Assembly (NCBI GenBank): GCA_021613535.1
Contig: CP075492.1
Coordinates: 19,282,001 to 19,346,000, forward strand
Direction of reading: 5' to 3'
DNA: 64,000 nt
Source of the DNA: Adineta vaga
Taxonomy: Eukaryota > Animalia > Rotifera
The notes below the pieces were generated by a model. That model saw only the letters and a list, made by a program, of their open reading frames with translations, had not been told where the DNA came from and searched no databases. The position numbers and the translations under genes are program-made. The stretch's first letter is position 1. Every line of letters starts with the position of its first letter. Shown piece after piece: positions 13,122 to 25,962 of this stretch.

Positions 13122-14082
13122 GTAGATCAAATAATTTTTGTTGAACGGTAACATTTAGATGTTTTATTGTTCTTTTATCCTTGTTGACGTAAACGTGCTT
13201 CACATGCGCAACTAGATGGAGCACGCACTTCGCAGAGTCCAGAACATCCTAAACATGCCGGTTTTAAGCCCCATCGAATGCCAGTCCAAATCGGATTTCC
13301 TCAAGTGGAGAAAAACAAAAAAGTGAACATATAGTTTTAATCAGAAAGACTACAAGCTTAGCCAGCTGTCGATGATACAGCCATAAGAACAAAAAATGTT
13401 CCCAAAAGAACAATTGATAAGAGTTTCATAGTATAGAATAATATATACCAATTCATGACTGAATTTTTGTGAAGCATAAGCAGAAAAGTAACTTCCTTTA
13501 TATACTATATGCTATTCAATAGAAATTTGAATATGAAATGAATTGAAATAAAAGCTTTTAAAGCGATGTTAAACGTAAATAATCGTATTAATCACATTCG
13601 ATTATTATAAGAGAGCTGGATGATGGTCTAGATAAACTTCAGGTAACGATGAGTGCGTTAGTTCATACTTTAACCACTGTCCGAAGTTTTTCATGCAAAA
13701 AAGATATTCGAGATTATTGATTTATCATGGATATAACCAAATCATACAGTACAATTGATTCAGAATAACTTGTTGATTATATATTCAAATACTTTATAGT
13801 TTATTGGCACTAAAAAAAACTTGAATGTGTTAAGAATAAATTTAATGCATGTTGCAAAAACTGTTGTTGCCTTCTTCATCTCAAAACTTAGAGCAACATC
13901 ATACTGAGAACTTGAAGTTTTTATGTGTAATAGGACAAATATCAAAGAATTTTTTTATTAAATTTTGAAAGTTGGTTAAGTAGAAGTGACAATATAAACA
14001 TTTTCATTTTTTCAAAGCAACGATACAATACTAGCGCAATTCACTCATATATCGCTACTCACACCTTCAAATTCTAATGTGT

Positions 14083-15066
14083 TTAAGTAGTTGCATCCAT
14101 ATATGTTCGAAGTTGGTTAGTAATCTGTCGTAATCGTTGTTCAAAATAATGATTGAATTTGAATATTTTCTTCAATTCTTCTCTATAGACACTCCCCGAG
14201 AGAATATAAAAAAATGTTGAGAGAACATAAGTACCTTGTTGCCAAACGATAGTAATAGTTCGAATGTTATTAATAAAAGTTGTATTCATTGAAGGTATAA
14301 ATGTTGTCAATATATATGTTACTGCAGCAGGACAGGAAAAGAATACATATGCACTAACTTGAATAATTAACATTCGAGCTAATTGACCTTCTGTTCGACG
14401 ACCACGAAAATTCATTTGATTTGCTGGTACTACACGACCTATATGAACCCGAATGTTATAAATTGTTAATGAACCAAATAAAACCATGATTGTTGGTGCC
14501 AATACATAATGAAGAATAATACGAGTAGATAAATAAACAATAATAAGTGTTGATGAAGATTGTACACATCGATTAGTAGTATAATCCCTATAAAATATAC
14601 TTAAAACTGGACTCAAATAGGCAACAGTAAGAATACTGATGAGAATAATCGATCTTTTTGCTATTCGTATATTACTTAAATTTCGTAAATATACAGATGA
14701 TGAACTAGTAAAAAGTCGATCAAGTGATGCGCAAACTAACATAAGAGCAACAAGTAATGATGATGCATGAATGGAGAACGGTTGAAATATACATCCGAAT
14801 GGTATATTAGACATCGTTATATCAAATCGATAACTAAGAAATAGACTCAGAGGTGACATAATTATATAGATTAATGTAGATATAGCTAAGGCAAAGAAAT
14901 AATGAGAACATGAAGATGATCGAATATTTTGACGAGAAAGAACAGCTATATTGATGATGTTTGCAATCACTGCTGATGTCACTGTAATTGGTAAAATATA
15001 AGAAGAAATCCGTTTAATTTCACTGTTTAAGTTGTATGAAAAAAATGATGCTGCAGTAGTATTCAT
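14083..15066 (-). CDS. Class A 7TM GPCR
   Basis: ANIINIAVL in TM1, CASLDR, EGQLARML, FFYILSGSVYREEL. Confidence 0.9.
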   Translation of the reverse strand: MNTTAASFFSYNLNSEIKRISSYILPITVTSAVIANIINIAVLSRQNIRSSSCSHYFFALAISTLIYIIMSPLSLFLSYRFDITMSNIPFGCIFQPFSIHASSLLVALMLVCASLDRLFTSSSSVYLRNLSNIRIAKRSIILISILTVAYLSPVLSIFYRDYTTNRCVQSSSTLIIVYLSTRIILHYVLAPTIMVLFGSLTIYNIRVHIGRVVPANQMNFRGRRTEGQLARMLIIQVSAYVFFSCPAAVTYILTTFIPSMNTTFINNIRTITIVWQQGTYVLSTFFYILSGSVYREELKKIFKFNHYFEQRLRQITNQLRTYMDATT

Positions 15067-16188
15067 ACTATCTGATGTTGTATAATCTTTAATGGTTCTT
15101 CTATAATATTGTTGAATACGATTGTGTCTGTCACAATGACAATAAAGACTTTATCTGTATTAAACTCTTCCTAGAGTGCGTTTTTCACTTTATTTATATT
15201 CTGCACACTGCTAGTGGCTAAATAAGTATTAAATATGAGAACTAATTCGATAATTCTTTTTTCTATAAGATTATGTTTCTGCGTCATGACACTTTTTTAA
15301 TACAACTATTACTTAAAGATATGGTGCGTAGTATATAACAATATAAGAGATTAATAATAAGAAAGTAGATCTGAATGAAACAAACTGTCACAGTTGATTT
15401 CGTCGTCGCTCGATCAGTCATTACTATTTTATCTTTATATGACAATCTTTGCGTTCGTTAACAAATCTTGAGGTGCATCACAAATACCAAATATAAGTTG
15501 AATGTATTATAGACTTGCATGTACAATGAGACAGAAAAAAGGTTTTCATCAGTTTATAGATGTATGTCAGAGCAAACTTAATAAAAAAAATAAAGAAATT
15601 ATACAGCTAAAGGCATCTTTCTCATGACAGTGCATCCGAAGTTAAAAGATCGAAAGGAGATGACAAAAATATGACGTATTTAAAAAAAGATATTTATTCT
15701 TGTTCGGATTGGAATGACACGATTACGCTGTGTTTTACATGGCATTAATTTTGACTAGATTTCAGGAAACAAATTGAGAAATCGAATCAAGAAACTAGAA
15801 TAAGATGTCTGTATTATGGTACCAAATGTTGGTAAACAGCACGGTGAGGTTGTGGATGAGCTTATACTGTTAATCCTCACTCATGTCGTATATCTACAAC
15901 ATTTCAAATGGTTGTGCACATTCGTTTTCTTTTTGCATATTGCTCTATTTGTCTGTGACACACATTTCTCGTTGTGATAACACTTTGACACATCATGTTC
16001 TGTGAATACTTATTCTTTTCTGATTGACGTATGCACCGGATCAAGCACGACACTTTGACATATATTCCTTTGATAATTATTTAAGTTTCCCTTCTGTTTT
16101 TGATTTAGACGATTATCTCACTGTGTAAGACGTAGAATAAATAAATAAATTCGGAAACTTCAGATTTCATCCGAGAGTTATGTGTATA

Positions 16189-16250
16189 TTGAGGGTAAGG
16201 GTGGATATTCTCAATTCATCTAAACCCATACCCAACATCCACCCACTAAG
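16189..16250. repeat. GT/CA hairpin element (degenerate)
   Basis: ttgagggtaagggtggat...acccatacccaacatccacccac. Confidence 0.6.
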
Positions 16251-16459
16251 TGTGACATAGGAATATTGAACAACAAAAAGTCTTTTATTGAATTAAAACC
16301 AAGATTACAAGCTCCATCTTCTGTCTATCTTTGAGTATGAACAAGTAGTTCCTAAAGGTAATTCATCGATTATTTTGACTTCGATTGACACTCAATACAT
16401 TTCGTCTCCAACAAAAGATCATTTGAATTATTTACTAATTGTGGTAATGATGCATAAAT

Positions 16460-16510
16460 TCAGGGTGTGGATGAAGATACCGCAAGAACCAACCTTATCC
16501 ACATCCTATG
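16460..16510. repeat. GT/CA hairpin element (degenerate)
   Basis: tcagggtgtggatgaag...cttatccacatcctatg. Confidence 0.6.
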
Positions 16511-16685
16511 AGAAAACTTTCCTGTTGTTTGATACTCGTGATATGTTTTTCTTTAATTTATTTGGCAACAAATAATTTAATACAGTACATGACAACATAT
16601 GAATAAAATATTTTGAAATGCTCGAATACATATCGATTTAAATAAAAATCTTTTTTTTTGTCGAATGGTCGTTGTTAGTTTGTTT

Positions 16686-17744
16686 CTATTTCTGTTGTAC
16701 AGAATGAATTTGATTTCTTATTCTTTTACTTTGATCTGTAATAGTTGTCGTAGGAAATCTAATCAGACTCAATTTAGTCAATATGATTTTAAATGCCAAA
16801 CGAAGACAATGTTTCATTTCATTGCGAAATTTGAGATTTGTGAGTACGTAGATATAAAATCCAATGACAGGATTAGTATGATAAAGTAATATGGCTACAA
16901 CCTTAGCACATTGATAGATTATTGTTACTAACAATGAATAACTGTAGTTAACTAGAAATAAACCAACTGTATAGGAAACAGAAGTACCTGCATATGGAAG
17001 TGAAATTAAAGTAGTAATGAGTATTTGAATTAAAATCATTTTAGTCATTTGACGATCATTCGAACGTAAACGTTCATTTCGTACAGTGTTACTATGTGTA
17101 ACAATACGATTGCGAATACCACGAACATTATATACAATTAAGATACCAAAAACACACATAAAGAATATTGGTAAAATACAAGTCACAAGAGGATCAAAGA
17201 TATTAACGAACAAAATGTATTCCATGGAAACTGTCATACAAATAAATTGACTATCGGTCGAGGATGATTCATAGTATACTAACATGTGTATATGACTTAA
17301 AAGAAAAATTGTATAGGTACCCACGATTACTCGTCGTGCTATCGACAAAGAACTTAACTGACGAAGTCGTACACTTCGACAACTTGACAGAAATCGATCG
17401 ATACTGGCAAGAACAGGAAACCATATAATAAGTGAAAAGGGAATATATCGAATAAGAATACTTATTTTACATAAGATATCATTGTTTGCTAATAAATTTG
17501 AATTCCAAACAGCTGAAACATATTCAACCAATGTATTTAAATAAATACTTAAAAGATTATTGATTGAACTGGCTAAAAAGTATGTTGAACATGGATTGAT
17601 ACGTAAATTAGGACGAGTAAAGATAATGATGTTCAGCACATTACCAAATGTTCCAAAGACCATTTGAATCGGTAGAATGATTTTAATTATCCATTCTGTA
17701 GCAGTAATAATACCTATATACGAATCATACATTGAATTCGACAT
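16686..17744 (-). CDS. Class A 7TM GPCR
   Basis: GTFGNVLNIIIF, NPCSTYFL, LASIDRF, FYIYVLTNLKFR. Confidence 0.9.
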   Translation of the reverse strand: MSNSMYDSYIGIITATEWIIKIILPIQMVFGTFGNVLNIIIFTRPNLRINPCSTYFLASSINNLLSIYLNTLVEYVSAVWNSNLLANNDILCKISILIRYIPFSLIIWFPVLASIDRFLSSCRSVRLRQLSSLSIARRVIVGTYTIFLLSHIHMLVYYESSSTDSQFICMTVSMEYILFVNIFDPLVTCILPIFFMCVFGILIVYNVRGIRNRIVTHSNTVRNERLRSNDRQMTKMILIQILITTLISLPYAGTSVSYTVGLFLVNYSYSLLVTIIYQCAKVVAILLYHTNPVIGFYIYVLTNLKFRNEMKHCLRLAFKIILTKLSLIRFPTTTITDQSKRIRNQIHSVQQK

Positions 17745-18678
17745 ATCTGAAAATAATCTCTAGTAGAACTCTAGTTTTTCACCTTCTATATTCTCAAGTA
17801 GATGTGATTTCTATCGTTATAATTATCTAAATATAAACTAAACTCCTCCCTGAATTGAAAGACCATCCCATATCAGGAAACACTCCAATAATATAAGACT
17901 TATCCGTAAATAATAATACAAAATATATATACTAGATGATCCGAAAAAAAGAAACCGATATGTTATTTCTTGATGATTATAAATTATTACACTTTAAGCG
18001 TGCAGTGTAATAAGATGGAACGCTTTAGATAAGATCTTTTTCTATAGAAGTGAAAATTGAATTGTAAGTGACTGAAATCATATAATTCAACAGAGATGTT
18101 TTAGATGAACTTTGTTTTCTAATAATTAAAAGTATGATACTAATAAAAATGACGGATATCCTTTCTCTTCAATTCAATCATAGATGATCTTTTTCCTAAT
18201 CTACTTCCGATTAGCCTTCCTTTGTTGTTATTTTGTTCTGAGATAATTTGAGATATATACAGTTCATCTTATTTGTGATTCATCAACAATAGTTTCAATA
18301 GACATTAAATCGCGTGTGTATGTGTATAATTGTAGAAGGAATATAGCCAAGCAATCAGTCACACCGTATTTTTAAATATTCAAAAGATTTCATCGATTAT
18401 CATTATGAGAAATAGTTTAAATCTTGAAAGATAATCATATCGAATCGAATAGAAAACAAAAACTAATTTTATGAACGAACTATATCATGAATTATCATCT
18501 TTCATAACGAATTAATCATCAAAATTTTGTTAAAGAAATACAGGTCGACAATGTAAATAATGACTATAAGTATAACTTATCTTGACCGATTCTCATCAAG
18601 TTATTGTTCTATTTATTTTAGTCATTTTTGTTTACATAAATGTCAGTCAATATGATATTGCATTGTAAAAAGCAATGT

Positions 18679-18738
18679 ATTTTTGAGGGTGGGTGTGAGT
18701 GTTTTCAAATAAGATATACCCACACCCACACCCAAAAT
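18679..18738. repeat. GT/CA hairpin element
   Basis: atttttgagggtgggtgtgagtg...atacccacacccacacccaaaat. Confidence 0.85.
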
Positions 18739-19125
18739 AAAGAATGAAGAAAAAAACATTTTTTTCTCAAAACCTCAAATTACATCTTTTTCAGATACAG
18801 TGAGGATGTCACTAATGTTAGTAGATGAATCTCACACCTTCACCCTTCAATCGAAGTATAAAGAATGCCAGAGCAGCAATTGAAAACATATGTTATCTTA
18901 GGTAGTGTTTACAGAGGAATTACTGATGATTATCATAAGATAACTAAAATTGTATAAGTTGTTTCTGCTCTATGTAATATGAATTTGAATAAACATCCTA
19001 TTCGTAAATAATCAACATAATACGTCGTTCTTTCTGATTAACCACTTGATAATAAAACTATCTTATACATATATTTCATTTTCTTTCCAATTTCTTAATA
19101 AAGATTATTGTATATTAATGAATAC

Positions 19126-19827
19126 TTAATAAAACTTCGTTTCTTGATTATAATTTATAAATGATTTTATTGTGTCTAAGATGGTTGTCGAAATGACATC
19201 AGATATCGAAATATTAAAGTAATGAAAATACCAATTCTGGTAGCAAAAGTTGCTATTACATAAGCTGGAACCCATTGAGAATAAAAACGAAGGAAGAGTA
19301 AAGAAAGTTTCCAACCCATAAGAATACCAATAAATGTAAATAAAATAGCTTTTGTTTCACCTTTTTTTCCCAATAAATGAACATTGATATGAATGACTAA
19401 AATACCGATTATGAAAAAGATGAAAGTAAAAAATATAATGATTGAAGTATCATTAATTAATTAATTTTAGAATCCATTGTAAAGTATTTTGTAAAAGTCC
19501 AATGAATAAAATAACTGAAATAAAACCTATAGAAATATTTCGAAAACAACGAACAAAGATTAAAAATGTCTCCCGTAAAACATATCCAAAAAGAAAGAGG
19601 AATCCAGTAAGCCAAACAACAACAATAATAAATAAAGCATTGAATGGATTTTTAATAATAAGAGCAAGTAGGGATAATAAACGATAGAAGCAAGATAAAT
19701 TCAAATATTTTATTTTAATTTCTCGTTCTTCTTCCGTTTCAGTGAAAGTATGGAATAATGGAGTTCTTGTATGTTGTAATTGTAAAGGATCAGGTCGAAC
19801 GATATTTTGTTGTGTATTAGTTGTCAT
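19126..19827 (-). pseudogene. Frameshifted multi-pass membrane protein of unknown family
   Basis: Hydrophobic ORF pieces 19453-19827 and 19176-19373 separated by stops. Confidence 0.4.
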
Positions 19828-19831
19828 ACAA

Positions 19832-19894
19832 GTCTTGAGGGTGTGTGTCTTGAAAGAGAAGACACCCACCCCACAGCCACAACACACTCATGAC
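19832..19894. repeat. GT/CA hairpin element
   Basis: gtcttgagggtgtgtgtctt...aagacacccaccccac...cactcatgac. Confidence 0.8.
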
Positions 19895-20242
19895 AATCGA
19901 GTCCTGGGTCACAAATCCTTATAAGACGAAGAAGTGATGTTACATTGGAATGCATCACCGCTTCATCTAGCAGATTCATTCATTAAGTCCTCCCTCAACA
20001 ACTACTTCTTTCAATTAAAAGATAAAAACTGAATTTTCTTCAAAAAAAACAGATTATTAATGTCTATTGAGATTAGTTTTGCCTGGTTCGGTTTTCTTGA
20101 ACCACCTGAGAAAACAACAAGTAGAAAGAATTCATATGTTGTACAAATATTAACGGATAAAACAGCTTCGAAAAGTTTTTATTTTCTGGAAGATTCTGCA
20201 CTTCTGTCAGATTCAGAAAAACGTATAACAAGCACAGACAGG

Positions 20243-21544
20243 CTACAACAATCTGCAGTCTGTCGTGAGTTCGTCAGACATATTAAAAGCAGATCTGTTC
20301 TGGTTTCTTCGATGCATGCGTTCCTCGAGCTGCCGCATTTCTCCAGATCTTGACATGACGTTTGTCATTACTTCTAGAAGATTCGAAAATAAAAGCAATC
20401 CAATATCAAGATCATCTGCTAATTCAGCTTCCGTCTCAGCACGTTCGAAAAAATTCTGTTGACCACCTCTTTCAGCCCGTCTTGTCTCATTTCCAATTTT
20501 TCTCCTAAGATAATTCTGTTCCAACTCTGTATCCCTTTCCCAAGCAGCGAATTCCATTTGCATCCTATCGCGTTCAAGTTTATTCCGTTGTCGCTCCTGT
20601 TTACTTCTTTGTTGTACATCTTCCAATTTTCTCCTAAGGTTCTTCGTCCCAGCCTCTTCCTTTATTTTCAAATCCTGCAAATCATCTTGAATTACGGCGC
20701 ACTCGAGTTCATTACGTTCCCGATCTTTTTTCGCTTTTGCTACAGTGTTCTCTAGCTTAATTTCCATTTGTCGATATTGCCAAACGTTCTTTTCCTTCGA
20801 AGCCTTGTAATCTGCAGCCATGTTTTGAATCTGATTTTGAAAGACTTCTCGGTCTTTCTCAGCCTCCAATCGTTGTTTCTTCAGTAGTTTTCGCATTTCT
20901 TCGAGTTGATCTGACTGCAGAATAATACCTCCCTGTTTCTTTTGCAAGCTTGTGTGATGTTGACTGATCAAAAGAAAGAGTTTAGAACGCGTTTCCGTCT
21001 TTTTCTCCATTTCGTCATCTTGCATGTTATCAACAAAAATAACATCATTCATCCAAATTGATATCGGTTTTAACATGTTAGAAAGCGTTGCAATAAATTG
21101 TCCTTCGTATTCTGATGGTCTTCGTTGTGGTATATTGTTTACAACAAACATGAGAGAGTCTGCCGGAAATTGATAGGCATCGTTGAGAGCTTTGAAGGCG
21201 ATGATATCATCTTGTTGTGCACGTCCACCGACCTGTGCCCACACAAAAATGACTACAGCTACCGGACACTCTTGAAAGGCCTTCATGATTTCTCGTTTGT
21301 TTTGATCAATTTTGGCTTGATTCGCTTCCACTAAACCAGGAATATCGTAAATACGTACATAATTTGATCCGATGAGAATTCGATGATATTCTGTTTGCTT
21401 TGTCACCGCCTGTGGTCGAAAAGCGGCTTCAAATTGATCATGACCAATAAGAAGATTACAAAGATAACTTTTTCCAGCTCCAGCATTGCCGAGAATAATG
21501 ATACCTGGTTCGGAAGTGTTCGTTCCATTGAAGCGTGTAGTCAT
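20243..21544 (-). CDS. AIG1/GIMAP-like P-loop GTPase with C-terminal coiled coil
   Basis: IIILGNAGAGKS (G1), VT (G2), DIPG (G3), charged coiled-coil tail. Confidence 0.85.
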   Translation of the reverse strand: MTTRFNGTNTSEPGIIILGNAGAGKSYLCNLLIGHDQFEAAFRPQAVTKQTEYHRILIGSNYVRIYDIPGLVEANQAKIDQNKREIMKAFQECPVAVVIFVWAQVGGRAQQDDIIAFKALNDAYQFPADSLMFVVNNIPQRRPSEYEGQFIATLSNMLKPISIWMNDVIFVDNMQDDEMEKKTETRSKLFLLISQHHTSLQKKQGGIILQSDQLEEMRKLLKKQRLEAEKDREVFQNQIQNMAADYKASKEKNVWQYRQMEIKLENTVAKAKKDRERNELECAVIQDDLQDLKIKEEAGTKNLRRKLEDVQQRSKQERQRNKLERDRMQMEFAAWERDTELEQNYLRRKIGNETRRAERGGQQNFFERAETEAELADDLDIGLLLFSNLLEVMTNVMSRSGEMRQLEERMHRRNQNRSAFNMSDELTTDCRLL

Positions 21545-21963
21545 TTTATTTCGAAATGAATTTAATCTGAAATTGGAAAAATTGAATTGTGAGGTAGAAA
21601 TAGATTATCTCATTCAATATCACGAAACATGCTCTCGAGACAATTGCACTCGTATAATATTTGCTCGGAAATATGAAATGTCAATCAAATTGATAACCAT
21701 TGTATTCTAATAAGAGATAAGTCAAAAGAATTACTATTTAGTTTAAGTCGCAAAAAGTTGATTAAAAAGCTCAGAATCTACACGCTGTTGTTGTCTGACG
21801 TTTTTCTGTTTTCACTTTTTATTTAATTCATAAAATGTACTCGTAACTTATAAAAAGTCTGTTCCCTATTATCGAAGAGAAAATATCACAGTAGAGTAAG
21901 TGTCGCTGGGGAGGAACTGTCTCGGGAGCATCTTTTATGGATCTCCGCTACTGAAACAAAAAT

Positions 21964-22432
21964 GTTGACGTTTCACAACAGATTGTTTTTCGCTTACTTC
22001 ATTGGAGCAATTGACGAACAGATAGAATACAAATGTTGTTAGTAGTCAGCAACTTATTTGGGCATTATAAAAGCGAAATATGCTGGGTTTTTTCAAAATC
22101 ACCATTCCGACATATTTCACTATATGATAACAATTGAGTCGAATGAAAAAACATCCTATTGACAACGAAAGCTTAATCCATAGATAGAAAAGGAAGAAAT
22201 ACAAAAATACAGAGGTGAAATGTGCGTATTTCATCTAATCAATAGATTGGTTTTTTCCTGTGACTCAATTGTTATCATACAGTGAAATATGTCGGAATGG
22301 TGATTTTGAGAAAAACCCAGCATATTTCGCCTATATAAGGTCCACATAAATTGGCAGCTACTAACATTTGTATTCTATCTGTTCGTCAATTGCTTCAATA
22401 AGGTAAGGAAAAGCAACCTATTGTGAAACGTC
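21964..22432. promoter_or_regulatory. Inverted-repeat arms (21964-22140 and 22262-22432), probably carrying divergent promoters and 5'UTR exons of the GTPase pair
   Basis: The arms are reverse complements; TATA-like ctatataagg near 22330; donor ag/gtaagg near 22402; acceptor ttccaatttcag just upstream of each ATG. Confidence 0.65.
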
Positions 22433-22680
22433 TACACTTCACATTTTACTCTTACAAGATTTGTACTGAAAATTTTTTCTACATACATTCACAACACCTT
22501 CAACAGTTTATGTAAAGCACAATTCATCAATTGCAACTATACGCAAAATAGAGGTACGTGACTTCAATAAGACCGCAATAAAAATGTTATTCTAACATGC
22601 ATCAGTTACCAATGAGATAATCGATTTCTACCTCACAATTCAATTTTTCCAATTTCAGATTAAACTCATTTCACAATAAA

Positions 22681-24179
22681 ATGGCTACACGCTTCAATGG
22701 AACGAACACTTCTGAACCAGGTATCATTATTCTTGGCAATGCTGGAGCTGGAAAAAGTTATCTTTGTAATCTTCTTATTGGTCATGATCAATTTGAAGCC
22801 GCCTTTCGACCACAGGCGGTGACAAAGCAAACAGAATATCATCGAATTCTCATCGGATCAAATTATGTACGTATTTACGATATTCCTGGTTTAGTGGAAG
22901 CGAATCAAGCCAAAATTGATCAGAACAAACGAGAAATCATGAAGGCCTTTCAAGAGAGTGTCCAGTAGCTGTTGTCATTTTTGTGTGGGCACAGGTCGGT
23001 GGACGTGCACAACAAGATGATATCATCGCCTTCAAAGCTCTCAACGATGCCTATCAATTTCCGGCAGATTCTCTCATGTTTGTTGTAAACAATATACCAC
23101 AACGAAGACCATCAGAATACGAAGGACAATTTATTGCAACGCTTTCTAACATGTTAAAACCGATATCAATTTGGATGAATGATGTTATTTTTGTTGATAA
23201 CATGCAAGATGACGAAATGGAGAAAAAAAAGGAAGCGCGTTCAAAGCTTTTCCTTTTGATCGATCGACATCACGCAAGTTTGCAAAAGAAACATGGAGAT
23301 ATTATTCTGCAGTCAGATCAACTCGAAGAAATGCGAAAACTACTGAAGAAACAACGATTGGAGGCTGAGAAAGACCGAGAAGTCTTTCAAAATCAGATTC
23401 AAAACATGGCTGCAGATTACAAGGCTTCGAAGGAAATGGCCCATAAACAGTATCAAGAGATGGAAGTTAAACTCGAAAACGCCAGAGTAGAAGCGGAAAA
23501 GGAACGACACCGTAGCGAACTCGAACGCGCCAACATACAGGCTGAGTTCGAAGCTACTAAAAAACGTGCAAAGTCCGAACACGACGAACTAATGAGAAAA
23601 ATGGAAATCGAAAAACAAAAGGCTGAAGAAGATCGGACATACGATAAAGAAGAGCGCGTCAAGATGCAAGAAAAATTTGAGTCCGCTAAAAAAGAAGCAG
23701 AGGTGCGACATGAAAAACTGATGAGAGACATGGAAAATGAAAAAAGAAGAGCTGAAGAAGAAAGAATGCGGTATGATCAGGATCGTGCTAAGCGGGAAGC
23801 TGAATACACGGCTGCTCTAAAAGCTGCTGACCTTCGACATCAGAATGCTATGAGAGAAATGGAAATTGCGAAACGGAAGGCTGAACAGGAGGAAAAACGT
23901 AGTGAAATAGAACGCTTACGGATGCAAGAAGAAATGGAGACGGCGAGGAAGAATGAAAATCGTCGACATGAGGAAGCTATGAGAGACATGGAAGAGAAGA
24001 AAAGAAAGGATGACGAGAGACATCGCCAGAATGCGCCAAAGACGAAAGGACTTTTTGGTACTGTTTTGGGTACTGCTGTTCATGGTGTCACCGGTGTTGT
24101 CAATACTGCTGCCGATGCTGTTACTGAAACTGCTGATGCTTTGGTCAGTGTTGTTAATCCGTTGAACTGGTTTAAGTGA
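22681..24179 (+). pseudogene. Second AIG1/GIMAP-like GTPase (inverted duplicate) with a 2-bp frameshift near 22955
   Basis: N-terminal half nearly identical to 20243-21544; caagagagtgtcc here versus caagagtgtcc in the paralogue; both sides of the lesion remain open. Confidence 0.8.
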
Positions 24180-25231
24180 CCATTGTCTTTTTTTTCGCTT
24201 TTTAATAATAAAAATAATCGAGAACGAACTCATTCGAACTTACTTTGAAATAAGTTGTCTTGGGTTACAATTTACCTTCTGATTTCTAGGTGACTTTACT
24301 ATTGCGTACGTAGTAGGCATGGCCTCCGATGTGTGGGAGACTGAGAGGAGCCAGCCCCGATAGCATTTGAGGAATAAAAAATCTTTCTGCAGAATTTTTG
24401 CTCCCCACTCACTCGACAAAATAATCGATAACCGTGGTACTAGGAATGCAGTGATGGATCTAGCTATACGGGGAACCGATGATCGCCGATCCCTTGTTAT
24501 TTCGTCGTATTTTCAGTCGTTTATGATCCATTCGTCTCTGATGTATTTGTGTTTACCATCTCGATTCCCTTAATAACAGGCAAAATTGTTGAAGTAATCA
24601 CAAATTTTAGATATAAATATTTTTAAACAAAATTATTAAATTACTAATCTTGATGATAAAATACTTGTTAATTTGAACATTGACATGTGTAAATCCTAGG
24701 TAACTACTAAATATTTTCCATATATCTCTGGCAAATACAAACTAAGAAAGAACATCATCGCTATTCAGCATATATTCAATTATTTAAAACAATTTCATCT
24801 CATAGATTTTTCAAGATTAATGAGTAAAACTCAAAAAGAATTAATACAAATATCTTTAGCTGAAATAAATCATCATTAAAATGATTCATATAAAATGTTG
24901 CAATGAACAACAAGACCATCAACATTATCATAGTGAATCTTTAGAGTCTATGTGTATTATATGCAAGTTTTATAACTGAACAATAAATACTATGTTAAAA
25001 TTACATTTTTTTCATGAATATAGTATTGTATATTGCACTATTTATAGTGTCACAATGGATAAATCAAGTGCTGAAATATGTTGATAAAATTAATGACATA
25101 TTTTGACAATAAAATAATTTAGAAGATAAAGAAAATCCTTACAAAGTTTATGAAGATATTCATTCATTTGATTATTCAGTATTATAATAAGTCATAGGTA
25201 TACTACCAACAACAAATACTACTTGTAAGAC

Positions 25232-25292
25232 TCTTGTGGTGTGAGGATCACGTATAGAAGAATACTCACACTCATACACACCCTCAAGATGG
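25232..25292. repeat. GT/CA hairpin element
   Basis: tcttgtggtgtgagg...aatactcacactcatacacaccctcaagatgg. Confidence 0.8.
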
Positions 25293-25326
25293 AAGTTTTA
25301 ATGCTTTTATCATAAGATAAAAAGTA

Positions 25327-25880
25327 TCATAATTGTAGTTTTTCTATTTCGTCATCTTTTTCATACATTTTAATAGTATTTTCAAAACTTTGATTTGTAT
25401 TCATAACATAACATATAGTCATTGCTTGATTCATATTTTTTTCGAGCCGATGTAATGCATCAGCTTTATCATAAAATAACGTACGATAGTTTGGAGCTAT
25501 TACTGATCCAAATTTAGCAACGTACAACGTGGCTTCATACTTTTCTGCGAAACCCTACATTGAGACACTTGTTTCAAAAAGATAAATTGATTCCGGATAC
25601 TGAACAACTATATCTATAATGCGATAGTATTGCGAAAGATTGTGTAAAGATTGTTTCTACGAACTGCTCCAAAGCGTCACACATAATTCTTGCTGTTTTC
25701 GAACTACGATTGACATGCTCAAGTAATATACTATAATCATACAAATCTGATCCATCCATTGCTGTTGATGCGGATGTTGTTCTCTTTATGGAACTGTAAA
25801 GTTCAAATATTTTATCTCTTATCGACAATGTATATTTGGAGAAAAACTACTTATAATATAATGTTTTGCTTGTAAGTCTT
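25327..25880 (-). pseudogene. Frameshifted internal fragment of an unidentified helical protein
   Basis: Two consecutive protein-like ORF pieces without a proper start, lying between hairpin elements. Confidence 0.35.
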
Positions 25881-25962
25881 CTTCAAATCCACGATCGGCT
25901 AGAGCAACTATATCACATCCACACCCTTCTATACTAGAATAATTAAAATATTTTTGATTTTA

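Noticed and set aside
23340-24233. Antisense ORFs over the GTPase coiled coil, and similar shadow ORFs over the NHL, E2, VWA, TPR and CYP genes
   Set aside because: Shadows of real genes on the opposite strand or in another frame
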